From the human T2T-CHM13v2.0 reference genome, Homo sapiens, in the NCBI RefSeq assembly GCF_009914755.1, contig NC_060938.1: a DNA stretch of 64,000 nucleotides; one strand, 5' to 3'. Both the position numbers and the translations under genes were made by a program. The notes beneath the pieces are model-generated. The model did not search any database. It was given only the letters and a program-made list of their open reading frames with translations, and had not been told where the DNA came from. This document shows, in pieces, positions 1 to 12,452 of this stretch (its first letter is position 1; every line of letters begins with the position of its first letter).

Positions 1-50
1 AAGACTCTGTCTCAAAAAAATAAATAAAATTAAAAAATAAAAAATAAAAA
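1..50 (+). mobile_element. 3' end and A-rich tail of an Alu cut by the window edge
   Basis: aagactctgtctc followed by an A-rich tail. Confidence 0.85.
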
Positions 51-280
51 ACTATTAAAGACTTTATCTAAGAGATGAATGAAGAAACCATGGCAAAAGG
101 ATTTTCAGTGAACACTGAGTCTGTTTTGCTTTTAGACTGGGTCTAAATAAGTGCAGAAACTTTTGTTATAGAAAAAAAAAACTAAGCTCTGAATGTTCAT
201 AAATATTTTAACTAATATAAGGATAAGGTGGAAGGTGGTATGTAGATTCATTCATCATCTCATTTAAACATGATAAATCA

Positions 281-398
281 AGTATATTTAAATATACTTA
301 GCATACTTACTAAAGTATATTAGTAAATTAATATATTTACTGAAGTATATTAGTAAATTAATATATTTACTAAATATACTAAGTATATTTAAATATAC
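281..398. repeat. AT-rich quasi-palindromic repeat with an internal 30-bp tandem duplication
   Basis: Palindrome GTATATTTAAATATAC occurs at both ends. AAGTATATTAGTAAATTAATATATTTACT occurs twice with a 30-bp period. Confidence 0.75.
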
Positions 399-3009
399 AA
401 AAATAAGTGTAGGAATGAACATATATGTTAGTTTGAAATATATATGTAATATATAAGGTACATGTTTAATATGTAAACATATAATATATATTAAACCAAT
501 GTTTAGTGCCTATTAACCAAATTCAAGTGATAGAAGGAAGAGAAAATAAAGAACAATTTGTATTGCTTTTAGTGGAAAGTAAAATGTCAGTGTTTCAAGA
601 AACAGAGAAGTTAAATAGCTAAATAAGGGTTAGTTACAAAGGTGATCACTGGAAAAATTAACCATAATACAAACCTGCCCAAATAGCACAAGGAATACTC
701 ACAAAAAGAAAATATAGACCAAAGAGTAGAAGATTTTTTTAAAAAAGCAATAGAAACAGAAATCAAAATACTATAAAGTAAGACCAAACCTGTTTCTCAT
801 ATCAACAAATAAAAGTGGGCTAAACTCCCATATTAAAAAAAAAGATTCTGAAATCGAGTAATAAAGTAAAACTTAACCATATGCTATACCCCATATATAC
901 CTAAAGCAAAGTGTCTCGCAAACTTGAAAATAGAAGGATGAGCAAAGGAATATTATCAAATGCCAACAAAAAGGAAAGTAGAGGCCAGTAATCTTAGAAT
1001 AAAACAAGGTTGAATTTAGAACAAAAAGCATTAAACAAGAAACATAAAGACAATTGTGTGATAAGATGTATCATTCACAAGGAAGATCTAATAGTCATTA
1101 AGTGTTTCTGTATCAACGTAGCCTGAAAAGTTAAGCAAAAACTACCAAAAAGATAAGGAAAAATAGAAAGACTTTAATTATAGGAGGCTTAACAGACAAA
1201 ATAGACCCAAAAGATGACATAGATGGCCTAAATAACATAAGTAAGTAGTAAAGTTACATATATCAATCTATCCCTGAAAACTAAAAATATGTCATCCTTT
1301 CAGATGTCCATAAAACGTTTCCCAGAACTGACTATACTTTAGACCACACAGAAAACCTAAATAAACTCCCCAAATCAGAAATCACACTGATATTGTCCTC
1401 TAATCACTATGAGTCAAAAAGGAATCCATGTGAATGTATAGAATATTTAAAATTAATGATAATGATTATAACCACATTACATATCCTATGGGCTCAACTA
1501 AAGCATTTGCTCAAAAGAAAATTTGTATACGTAAGTACTTAAATTAATGAACAAAAAATAAAGGAAATCAGTGCATATGTCTTCTACTCACGAAATTAAA
1601 TATAAGAAAAATAAAGTTAACCTCAGGAAAATATAAGGTAGCTATGATAATAAAAGCAGAAAATAGGAAAAAAGAATAAATCTTTAAGTTAGCTCTTTAT
1701 GAAAAATCAATAAATCATTAGTAAACAAACCAAAATGGTTGCCAATAAGTTATTTTCTAGGAAAATATAAAATTACCAGGCATGACCCCAGATGGAGAGA
1801 AAACAACAATCTAAGGAAATGAATTAGTATAGAAGAAATACAGAATGTGGAGAAAAAGCAAACCTCTTGAAAGAAAACACCAGTCCTGGAATATTTCACA
1901 GATTACTTCTACCAAACCTATAAGGAAAAAATAGGTCCAATATTATTTAAACCAAGTGAAAGCATCCAGGTTATTTTTCTGAAGCTAGCATGCATCATGC
2001 ATATTCTGATAAATAGAGCACACAAAAAAGCAAACTAAGGACCAATATTGCTTATGAATATCAGTGTAAATAATCCTAATTAAAATATTAGAAAACAAAT
2101 CTAAGAGCTCACAAAGACAAGAATTTGCTATGTTCAAATGGGATTTAGTCTTAAAAAAGTAAGACTATTTCAAAATTCACAACTGTATTAATTTAATTCA
2201 TAAAATATTGTCAAAATTAAGAATCACTTTATCATCTCCATAAATACTTGAACAGGTGTTTGATAAAATTCTCTAATCTTGATGAAAAACTCATAATAAA
2301 ATGCTATTTTATTATACAGACAGAGACATACACACATACATATACCAATACATACTTAGTAACATGGTCCCAAAGCTACTGATACAACTGCTGAAGAAAG
2401 TGTCATTAATGTCGGCTACAAGGAAAGATACCTTAATCAATAGCATTAATTAACATTATTGCTCCAGAGAGCCTAGCTAGCCTAAGTAAACAAAAGAAAA
2501 AAATAAGCAGAGTAATTTTAACCAGGAGTTAAAATTATCATATATGCAGATGATATGATTATGTACTGTAAAACACAAAGAATCACATGGAAAAAATAGT
2601 ATAAACAATAAGGAAATACACTTAGGTGATTGAGTACAAAAATACTACTCATGTTAATCTTTCCACAAACAGAAACTGGTTAGAAAATATAACTGAAGAG
2701 ATCCCATTTACAATAAGAATAAATTTAACAAGAAATGTGCCCAAATTACACAAATAAAATTTTTAAATGCTACTGAGAAACATGAAAAATGACTTAAACA
2801 AATGGAAAGGCATACTCTGTTTAACATAAAGATGTCTTATCTAAATTAAGTTATACAGGTAATGCAATGCAATAAAAAAAAAAACAATAGAATCTACAGG
2901 GGTAGATTCTAAAGTTCAAGAACAAATAAGGAAGCCCAACCCAAAAGTTTCTGACAAAGGAAAATTAAGAAAGGGGGATTAGCCCTATCAAATATTAAAA
3001 TGTATTGTA

Positions 3010-3235
3010 GTCCGGGTACCTGAGGTCAGGAGTTCGTGACCTGCCTGGCCAATATGGTAAAACCCTGTCTCTACTAAATATACAAATATTAGCTGGGTGT
3101 GGTAGTGGGCACCTGTAATCCCAGCTACTTGGGAGGCTTAGGCAGGAGAATTGCTTGAACCTGGGAGGCGGAGGTTGCAGTGAGCCCAGCGGCGCCACTG
3201 CACTCCAGCCTGGGTGACAGAGTGAGACTCCATCT

Positions 3236-3276
<41 letters not shown>
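3010..3276 (+). mobile_element. AluS lacking most of its first ~60 nt, with a 40-nt pure poly(A)
   Basis: gtccgggt|acctgaggtcagg...catctc followed by A40 (3237-3276). TSD-like flanks aaaatgtattgta / aaaaactattgta. Confidence 0.9.
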
Positions 3277-3278
<2 letters not shown>

Positions 3279-3320
3279 ATTGTAAAACTACAGAAGTTAA
3301 AATATATATGTCTCCATATC

Positions 3321-3592
3321 TTTTTTTATTTTTAATTTTTATGGCCACATAGTAGGTGTATATATTTATGGGGTACTTGAGATATTTTGATACAGACATA
3401 CAATATGTAATCATCACATTAGGGTAAATAGAGTATCCATCACTTCAAGCACTCATTACCTCTTTGTGTTACAAACATTCCAACTGTACTCTCTCGTTAT
3501 TCTAAAATGTATTACAAATTGTCACTGACTGCAGTCACCCTGTTGTGCTATCAAATACTAGATATTATTCATTTATATCTCTATATCCTAAC
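3321..3592 (-). mobile_element. L1MA-type 3' end fragment
   Basis: T-rich tail followed by tacatagtaggtgtatatatttatggggtac...gtcaccctgttgtgctatcaaatac-like sequence, typical of an L1MA 3' UTR read in reverse. Confidence 0.75.
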
Positions 3593-3801
3593 AACCAGGA
3601 AGCTCTATGTAAGTGTCTAGAAATAGACCAAACTACATATGACAAATTTTTTATTTACATATCAATAAAAAAATCAGTCTATTCAAAAATGTTATTGAAA
3701 CAACTGAATACCTCTTTAGAAAAAAATTAACAAGCACAAACACCATAAACAAAATCAGAAAATGATATACTGAGAAAAATCATTTACAAAGGACTATTCT
3801 T

Positions 3802-5079
3802 TTTTTTTTAATTTAAGTTCTAGGGTACATGTGCACAACGTGCATGTTTGTTACATATGTATACATGTGCCATGTTGGTGTGCTGCACACATTAACTCGC
3901 CATTTACATTAGGTATATCTCCTAATGCTATCCCTCCCCCATCCCCCTACCCCACAACAGGCCCAGTGTGTGATGTTCCCCACCCTGTGTCCAAGTGTAC
4001 TCATTGTTCAATTCCCACCTATGAGTGAGAACATGCGGTGTTTGGTTTTCTGTCCTTGCGATAGTTTGCTGAGAATGATGGTTTCCAGCTTCATCCATGT
4101 CCCTACAAAGGACATGAACTCATCCTTTTTTATGGCTGCATAGTATTCCATGGTGTATATGTGCCACATTTTCTTAATCCAGTCTATCATGGATGGACAT
4201 TTGGGTTGGTTCCAAGTCTTTGCTATTGTGAATAGTGCCGCAATAAACATACGTGTGCATGTGTCTTTATAGCAGCATGATTTATAATCCTTTGGGTATA
4301 TATCCAGTAATGGGATGGCTGGGTCAAATGGTATTTCTAGTTCTAGATCCTTGAGGAATTACCACACTGTCTTCCACAATGGCTGAACTAGTTTACAGCC
4401 CCACAAACAGTGTAAAAGTGTTCCTATTTCTCCACATGCTCTCCAGCACCTGTTGTTCCCTGACTTTTTAATGGTCGCCATTTTAACTGGTGTGAGATGG
4501 TATCTCATTGTGGTTTTGATTTGCATTTCTCTGATGGCCAGTGATGATGAGCATTTTTTCATGTGTGTTGGCTGCATAAATGTCTTCTTTCGAGAAGTAT
4601 CTGTTCATATCCTTCACCCACTTTTTGATGGGTTGTTTGATTTTTTCTTGTAAATTTGTTTAAGTTCTTTGTAGATTCTGGATATTAGCCCTTTGTCAGA
4701 TGGGTACATTGCAAACGTTTTCTCCCATTCTGTATGTTGCCTGTTCACTCTGATGGTAGTTTCTTTTACTGTGCAGAAGCTCTTTAGTTTAATTAGATCC
4801 CATTTCTCAATTTTGGCTTTTGTTGCCGTTGCTTTTGGTGTTTTAGTCATGAAGTCCTTGCCCATGCCTATGTCCTGAATGGTATTGCCTAGGTTTTCTT
4901 CTAGGGTTTTTTTGGTTTTAGGTCTTACATTTAAGTCTTTAATCCGTCTTGAATTAATTTTTGTATAAGGTGTGAGGAAGGGATCCAGTTTCAGCTTTCT
5001 ACATATGGCTAGCCAGTTTTCCCAGCACCATCTATTAAATAGAGAATCCTTTCCCCATTTCTTATTTTTGTCAGTTTTG
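3802..5079 (-). mobile_element. 5'-truncated L1PA (L1PA4-6-like), ORF2 C-terminus plus 3' UTR
   Basis: Minus-strand ORFs match L1 ORF2 ([32 protein letters not shown]). Perfect 16-bp TSD ACAAAGGACTATTCTT at 3786-3801 and 5080-5095. Confidence 0.95.
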
Positions 5080-5099
5080 ACAAAGGACTATTCTTCTTA

Positions 5100-5790
5100 A
5101 CATGTTAAAAATCTCTTGAATAAAATTAAAAAACAACCCAGTGGAAATAGATAGGGCAAATAATATAAATAGGTACTTCCCAAAAAGAAAGAAACATGAT
5201 GTAAACCATTGAAAAAATGCACAGTCTCACTCACAATAAATGTATATTAAGACTACTGAGAGATGCTGATTTAAAAAAAAAAGCCTGCCAGATTTCACAT
5301 TGACAAGGATCAAAAAGTTTAATCACACATTGTTGGCAACACTGTAGGGAAATAAGGTACCCTCATACATCTTTGGTGGACCCATGAATTGGTACAATGT
5401 TGATTAGGAGCAAATTGCCAGTATTTATCATGCAACTTGCATGTATCTCCTGACTCAGAAATTTCACTTCTAGGAATTCCTCCTACATTACACTTGTGCA
5501 ATTGTGTGTACTTGCACTTGTGTGAATGATGTATGTACATGAATATGCTTTGTCATATTGTTTGTGAGAACCAAAGATTACAAACCACCAAATGCTGGCC
5601 AATATACATTCATTACCACAAAGGTCTGGTCAATTTAGAGAAAGAAATCCTATGTCCACGAAGGATATAATCTCTAAGAAAACAAAGTGCTGACAGCATC
5701 ATAGAGTATGTTACCATTATTGTAAAATGGCAATAGTAATAATTATTATATAAATATATGCTTGTGTATGAATAAAATGCCCTGAAAGTA
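5100..5790 (+). mobile_element. Continuation of the old L1M (3' region)
   Basis: Degenerate L1 3' motifs (ctcatacatctttggtgg, atttcacttctaggaatt). Confidence 0.55.
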
Positions 5791-5793
5791 TAC

Positions 5794-6480
5794 TGATAGA
5801 GTTTGGATATTTGTCCCTGCGCAAATCACATGATGAAATGTAATTCCCAGTGTTGGAGGTGTTTGGGTCATGGGGGCAGACCCCTTATGTCTTGGTGCTG
5901 TCCTTGCAATAGTGAGTGAGTGCTCACAAGATCTGGTTGTTTAAGTGTGTGGTACCACACACTCCTCCTTGCTTCTGCTCCTACCACATGAAATACCTGC
6001 TACCCGTTTGCCTTCTGCGGTGACTGTAAGCTTCCTGAGGCCTCCCCAGAAGCAGATGCCAGCACTGTGCTTCCTGTACAGCCTGAAGAACCATGAACCA
6101 GTTAAACCTCTTTTCTTATAAATCACCCAGTCTCAGGTATTTTTTTCTTTCTTTTGAGATGGAGTCTCGCTCTGTCCCCCAGACTGGAGTGCAGTGACGT
6201 GATCTTGGTTCGGCTCACTGCAAGCTCCACCTCCCGGGCTCACGCCATTGTCCTGCCTCAGCCTGCCGAGTCGCTGGGACTACAGGCGCCCGCCACCATG
6301 CCCGGCTAATTTTTTGTATTTTTAATAGAGATGGGGTTTCACTGTGTTAGCCAGGATGGTCTCAATCTCCTGACCTCGTGATCTGCCCACCTCGGCCTCC
6401 CAAAGTGCTGGGATTACAGGTGTGAGCCGTTGCACCCGGCCAGGTATTTCTTTATAGCAATGAAAGAGTGGCCTAACACG
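5794..6480 (+). mobile_element. MST-type MaLR solo LTR (MSTB-like), interrupted by an AluY
   Basis: tgatagagtttggatatttgtcc...gcctaacacg. 5-bp TSD TATAC at 5789-5793 and 6481-6485. Confidence 0.85.
6141..6441 (-). mobile_element. AluY
   Basis: AluY-type positions (gcaagctcc, cacgccatt, gttagccaggatggtctc). TSD-like aggtattt on both sides. Confidence 0.9.
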
Positions 6481-6649
6481 TATACATTAGAACCTGATTA
6501 CAGTAGATGCCTCTTGGGAGGGGACTTAAATGGCCAGGGTTGGTGATAAAAAGTATTTTTTAATGTATCCCCTTTTTTATCTGTTAATTTTTTTATGTGT
6601 ATATGTATTACCTATTCAAAAAGTTAATCAATTTTAAATTAACTTAGAT

Positions 6650-6830
6650 CCCAATTCAAACTCCACATCTGCTACCTCCAGCTTTGTGACCTAGAGCAAA
6701 CTGCAGGCCAGCTGCCTTCTCTGTGGAGCAGGGACTGTCAGAACTCCCCCATCCCAGGGTGTGATCAGAGCTACATGAGATAATCATGGGAAAGTACCTG
6801 GAAATTACATGTAATTGCTTAGTAAATGCC
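6650..6830 (+). mobile_element. MIR
   Basis: Degenerate core ...ctttgtgacctagagcaaa...catgagataatc...gcttagtaaatg. Confidence 0.55.
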
Positions 6831-7119
6831 CTCCGCTTCTTTCCCCCCAGAATTAAAGTAAGCTGCATCTAACTATTACAACTTAATAAGGTGCATTATT
6901 GTGCTTTGCTGTGTTTTTAATTTTCTTGTCATACCTGAATGGTTTAAACATCTGGCTTCCTTAAGGCATAATTAAGTAAAAGAGAGAGCAGCGTACATCA
7001 CCAGTCAGGTGTACTTCTTTCCCTGTTGTAAAAGTGATGCTTTTTATTCAGAGCCAAGTCTAGATATTCACCAGTCCTTGGCACGACTAGAAAAAGATTT
7101 GAAGGACTAAAGCTGCTAG

Positions 7120-7845
7120 AGCATAATTATGTATTGGCTGTGGACTTGAGATGCCTGGGTTCTGTCCCTCCTGACTGTGACTTAGCAGCCGTTTGTCACT
7201 GGAGATGTTTTATGACTTCTGCAGGCTTCCACAGTATCACTTGTGAAATGGGAATAACTATTTAATAGCTCACAGAGGTGCTGTATTAGGTTCTCCAGAG
7301 AAACAGAATAGGATTTACGTTATATATAACAATAGGATATAGCCTAGATATATAGATATATATATATAAGGATTTATTGTGGGAATTTGTTCACGTGTTT
7401 GTAGAGGCTGAGAAGTGCCACATATGCCATCTCCAAGCTAGAGAAGCAGGAAAGCCAGTGGTAAAATTCAGCATGAGTCCACAGGCCCAAGAACCAGCAG
7501 CTCTGATGTCCCAGGGCAGGAGAAAAGCTGGATGTCCCAGGTCAAGGGAAGGAGGGAATTTACCCCTCCTCCTTCTTTTTGTTCTATCTGAACCCTCAAT
7601 GGATTGGAAGATGCTTGCCCACACCAGTGAGGGTAATCTTTACTCAATCTACTGATTCAAATGCTGTTCTCTTTCAGAAACACACTCACAGTCATACCCA
7701 GAAATAATGTTTTACCAGCTATCTGGGCACCCCATAACCCAGTCAAGTTGACACATAAAATTAACCATCACAGACACTGACTAGAATGCATAAAGTCCAT
7801 CTAGAAAAGCACCCAGTACATAATAAGCACTCAACAAATATTTTT
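7120..7845 (+). mobile_element. MIR split by an MLT2 LTR
   Basis: tgtgaaatgggaataac before the LTR; aatgcataaag...taagcactcaacaaatatt after it. Confidence 0.55.
7282..7772 (-). mobile_element. MLT2 (ERVL) solo LTR
   Basis: tgtattaggttctccagagaaacaga...cagtcaagttgacacataaaattaaccatcaca, the reverse complement of the MLT2 start TGTGATGGTTAAT. Confidence 0.85.
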
Positions 7846-8303
7846 GGAAAAGTATCAAACACTCTGTGCAAGGAGCAAGAAATGGTTCCTACTTTCACGG
7901 TCTACACAAATTAATAGGGAGATGAAACAATGGCCCAAATCACTAGATCACCAAGCCATTTAGGAGAAGAAACTGAAGTGAAGGGGGTAGGCATGACTCA
8001 TAAAGAGTAATTTCCTTTCCCTCTCTAAGGCCCCACCAGTGAACTGGTGGCCACGTTGACTAACTGGAGACAGGATACCAAGGAGGACAGACATCATTGT
8101 GAGGTCCCATTCTACGTACCCCAAACCAACAGAGTCCTCTGGAAGGCCTGAGAGCTGTTAGGAACAAGACGAAATGGGTGTGAGATTGAAGAAGTCACAA
8201 AATGCAGACATTTTAAGCTATTCTCCCAAAATACATTAAAAATCTTACTGAGAAAAATGTGAAATATATACAATACTCACTTGCATATACTATTTCTTAT
8301 TTT

Positions 8304-8645
<342 letters not shown>

Positions 8646-11600
8646 TGAAAATTCTCTTGTCCATTCTCATTTACATGCACACACATACATATGCACATGC
8701 ATGAACACATGCTTCACGGCGCTTCTTATTAATCCTTATTGGGTAAAATCTTATTGAGGGACAATAAACCAGATAAAATCTCCAACCACTCCCTGGTGCC
8801 AAGTCTCTTGGGCCCCTCACACTCCAGGTGGGCAAGGCAGCATGCCAGTGGACACAGCATCACCTGCTCAGAGGGAGTGGTTGTGGAAAGCACAGAGGCA
8901 GGCGGCCTGGTGGCCAAGGTCCACACCACATCCTCCCAGGTGGGCACTGTCCTGAGTAGGCTTAAACTGGCATTGTCTGTCCAGTAAGTCCTTTTCTAAG
9001 GAAAGCAGGTATCAACTAATTAGCAACATGCAAGTGTTTTCATTTTAGGAAAAGAGAAGAACTCTGGAATTATGGGGCCTGGTAAAGGTTCATTTAAGCG
9101 TCAAGATCAAGTTGGCTAAACCCATAGTGTGGAAGCACTCTTTGCGTAGGGTGAGCCAGGTGGAGCAGCTGTGTGACAGATCTTGGAGGCAGTCTAAGGG
9201 CAATGAGCACCTGGAGAACAAAGAGGGAGGGGCTGCCCACCTGAGGAGGAAGGGACATGTGCAACTGTCTCCTAGATGGGGCCCTGAGAACTGCCGGGAG
9301 ACATCACAGGGCAGCCCCTCTCCCCACCTCTGGCTACACAGTCTCCTGCCCTTCTCTACTCAGTGAATTCTGAGGTCAAAGGCTACTGTGCCAAACTTTC
9401 AAGTAGAGTGAAGCCTCCTCCGTGGTGAACTATAAACTTGGATGGCATCATGTCCATTTTTGTGTTCTTCACAGCACCCAACAGCAGGTTCACAGTCAAC
9501 GTTAGTGAGGGACCGAGATTGTAGAAGCAAATATTTCTCCAGCATCAGGGGTGTTGCCTCACTAGGATCTACCATTGGGATCCCAACCCAGGATGATGGT
9601 TTGAAACCTTCCGGTCCAGTTCTCCCCCATTTGTCAGTCTTTGTCCTTGACAATTAATGCTGTAAATGCATGTACTAAATGCCCACTGAGTGTGTGTAAC
9701 ACACAAGCCGGTGATATCAGAGTGGCACCGGACAGGGAGCAACACTTCTGCAAAGGAGCAGGTATTCCAAGTCCTTCTCATCTTTCCTGAGCATCTGTCA
9801 TTTGGGTGGACCTCACTGCACCCTTCAGCTATTAGCAGTGACTGTAAATGGAGAAGAAGTTCTCGAGAACCAGCAGCACCCTGAACACTCATTAACTGAG
9901 AAAAATTGGAGACTCAAGGAGGCCCAATACCCTCTTACTGAATACCCACCTTCCTTGTGCCAGGGAGGTCATAGGGAGGTTGAAAAATCAAGGGTTTTGC
10001 CATGTGTCTGAGTTTGATTCCTCCAAAAGGGCATTAACTTTTCATATTACCTCTGCAGAGTGGGATTTAAAATCTGTGTTAGTGACACGATATTTCATTT
10101 CAGATCCACAGGGCCCACATTTAAAATTAATATTGCATGCTTGTCAGAATGAATTCCAAACCCTCTCACAGCAGGCCCCTTGTGGGACCTAGAGAAGGAG
10201 TGGCCAATTCATTATCGTAACACTGGGATGAGGGTTCCATCCCAGCTTTTGACTGACACCTGCAGAGATTTTTTTTTTCTGAGACATTTTAAGTTTTTGG
10301 TGTGCCCCATCTTCCCAGACAAGCTGCACGTTTCTGTCACTCTGTGCTGTTTCCAAAGCCCAGTGGTCTGCAGGGTACCTTTGAGGGGCCTCCTCTGATC
10401 CAGTTAATCAGTTCCTCATTGACAACATAGACAGAGCATCTGGCCCAGGCCAGAGAGGGCTTTCGGCCGAGTCCCTCTGGAGGATCAGTCTGTAGAGGGA
10501 TGTGACTAAGGCAGCAGATTCCGCCAGGATTCTGTTAGACACAGAGGACACAAGGTCACCTGGCCAAAAGTGGAGGTCAGGAAGACTCAAGATCTGGGTC
10601 CACCTGTTTCATTTTCTCTTAGCATCTGCCCTGGCCTGCTGTCGTAAATCATCATCACCGAGCTTAAAACCACCCTGTCGTTCAAAAAAAAAAAAAAAAA
10701 ATGAGCTATTTGGTTTTTGAACACTTTCCTTACAGTGCGTAGCAGTTTGTTAGAGAGGTGGGCAGGCATTAGGATTTTGTTTATAACCTTGGAATAAACT
10801 AAGCCAACAGACTGTATTCTTGCAGGGTTAATGTCCCCTGCTTTACAGTATGGGAATGCCCAACGAAGTTTTTATTATAGAGGGTGGAATATGGTGCAGT
10901 ATTCAGTGGAGACAATTGCCCCGGGAGTGCAGCGCAGAAAGCCACAGCTGCATCTCCACTTGGTGTCGGCCGGGAGCTGCCTCACCTGGGGCTCCAGGGT
11001 CCCTTTGAGACCGCAGTTCCATAGCCCGTGGGTACTGTCCTTGTGTCATCATCCTCTCTCTCTCTCTCTCCATTCCAGTCATTCACTCTCTCCCCCTCTT
11101 TTTCTCTGACTGCCTCCAGGCACTTTCTTTAGCACAGAGCTCTGGTGATACCTCCCACTGGCCTTGGGCACCCTTCTTCAAGGCCACTCACCCTGCATGG
11201 AGGAGAGGAAGGGAAGGAGTGGCCAATTCATTTTCGTAACAAACACCCAATTTTGTTTTTCTCCGTGGACTATCCAGATGCATGCTTCTTTTACAGTTCA
11301 TGTCTGCGATACTTTGTCCCTTAGAGAAAAAAGCTGTATACAAATGTGAAATTATTCCAATTATCTAATCTCTGTTGCATTCCTCAGCCCTGCAAAGAGT
11401 TAAATGATGTGTAAAATCACCTGTTAGCCCGCATTAGACAGGGCTGTATTTACACACCCAGAGGTGGCCTGTGAATTATTTAACCGAAGGGACTCTTGGC
11501 TCAGCATCTGGCTAGACACTGTTGAGCCCAAGTTCCTTAGGAGGTGCAGCCTGTGGCCCCAGAGCTTCCTCTTGGCTGGGGAAACCGTCTGACAGACACG

Positions 11601-12319
11601 GTGGGCTGCTGCCAGAACCAGGTCTCCTTGAGAACAACTTGAACTAAGCTCCTCCCAGCTCCAGATGGTTCACAAACTAGAGAGGAGTTTTGCAGAGTCC
11701 TGAACGCTTTGCCAAAAAAGAGCGTTGGCCATCTTCCAGGCCAGGCGGTAGGTTTGCCTGCATGCTGTGAATGCCAGGATTATTGTTGGGGTTTTAGAGA
11801 GTCCATTTCATAACACCCCCAGTTCCCATCTGAATTTGGAACCAATGAGAGAAAAAGGGAAAGCAGTGAGATGGATGGAGATCAAAACATCACTTTTGTC
11901 ACCAACTGACCTCTCAGAGAACAGGGGGAGAGTGACACTGGATGTCCCAACTAGGAACCCCAGAGTAGAGACACACTTCCATGACCAGTGCTGGAAACCC
12001 ATCTGCCTCATGCCAGGAGGCAGGATCTTGGGTCCCTGTACCCTGGTGCAGGGAACGGAAAGGAGCCATACCTTCTGCAAGCACCCAGCTCCTCACAGGA
12101 AGCCAGGGCCAATTCTTCCACCTCTCCTTGTCTCATCTCACTTTTCAGGTGAGCTTCCTTTCTCTCCTACCAAGGAGAGGGTGGGGGCTGTGGCAAGAGA
12201 TGGAGGCATCTGGGGAAAAGCCTTCCTCGGGGAAAACAGCATTCCATATATCTCCCAGGGAGATGGGACCTGCATATATTTGGAGGAAGAAGTCATAGAG
12301 ATTGCAAGAGCTGGAGAGG

Positions 12320-12452
12320 ATTTTAGAAGCCACTGGAATCCTCTCATTTTACTGAAGGAAACAGAGGCACACGGGTGCAGCGAAACCCTCATGGTTATAT
12401 AGCTAGTCAGGGGCAGGGCTGAATTTGTGTGGCAGTCTGCAGTTTAAAGCCG
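12320..12452 (-). mobile_element. MIR fragment
   Basis: cctctcattttactgaaggaaacagaggcac...atagctagtcaggggcagggctgaattt. Confidence 0.6.

Larger units (their letters stand above)
700..3795 (+). mobile_element. Old, decayed L1M (ORF2 region), interrupted by an Alu and an L1MA fragment
   Basis: A-rich sequence with degenerate L1 ORF2-like segments, e.g. tatgcagatgatatgattatgtac, gatcccatttacaata, aaatggaaaggcatac. Confidence 0.65.

Noticed and set aside
11767-12402. 211-aa ORF
   Set aside because: GTG start, 3' end inside a MIR, no recognisable homology. Many overlapping ORFs on both strands indicate a chance open frame.
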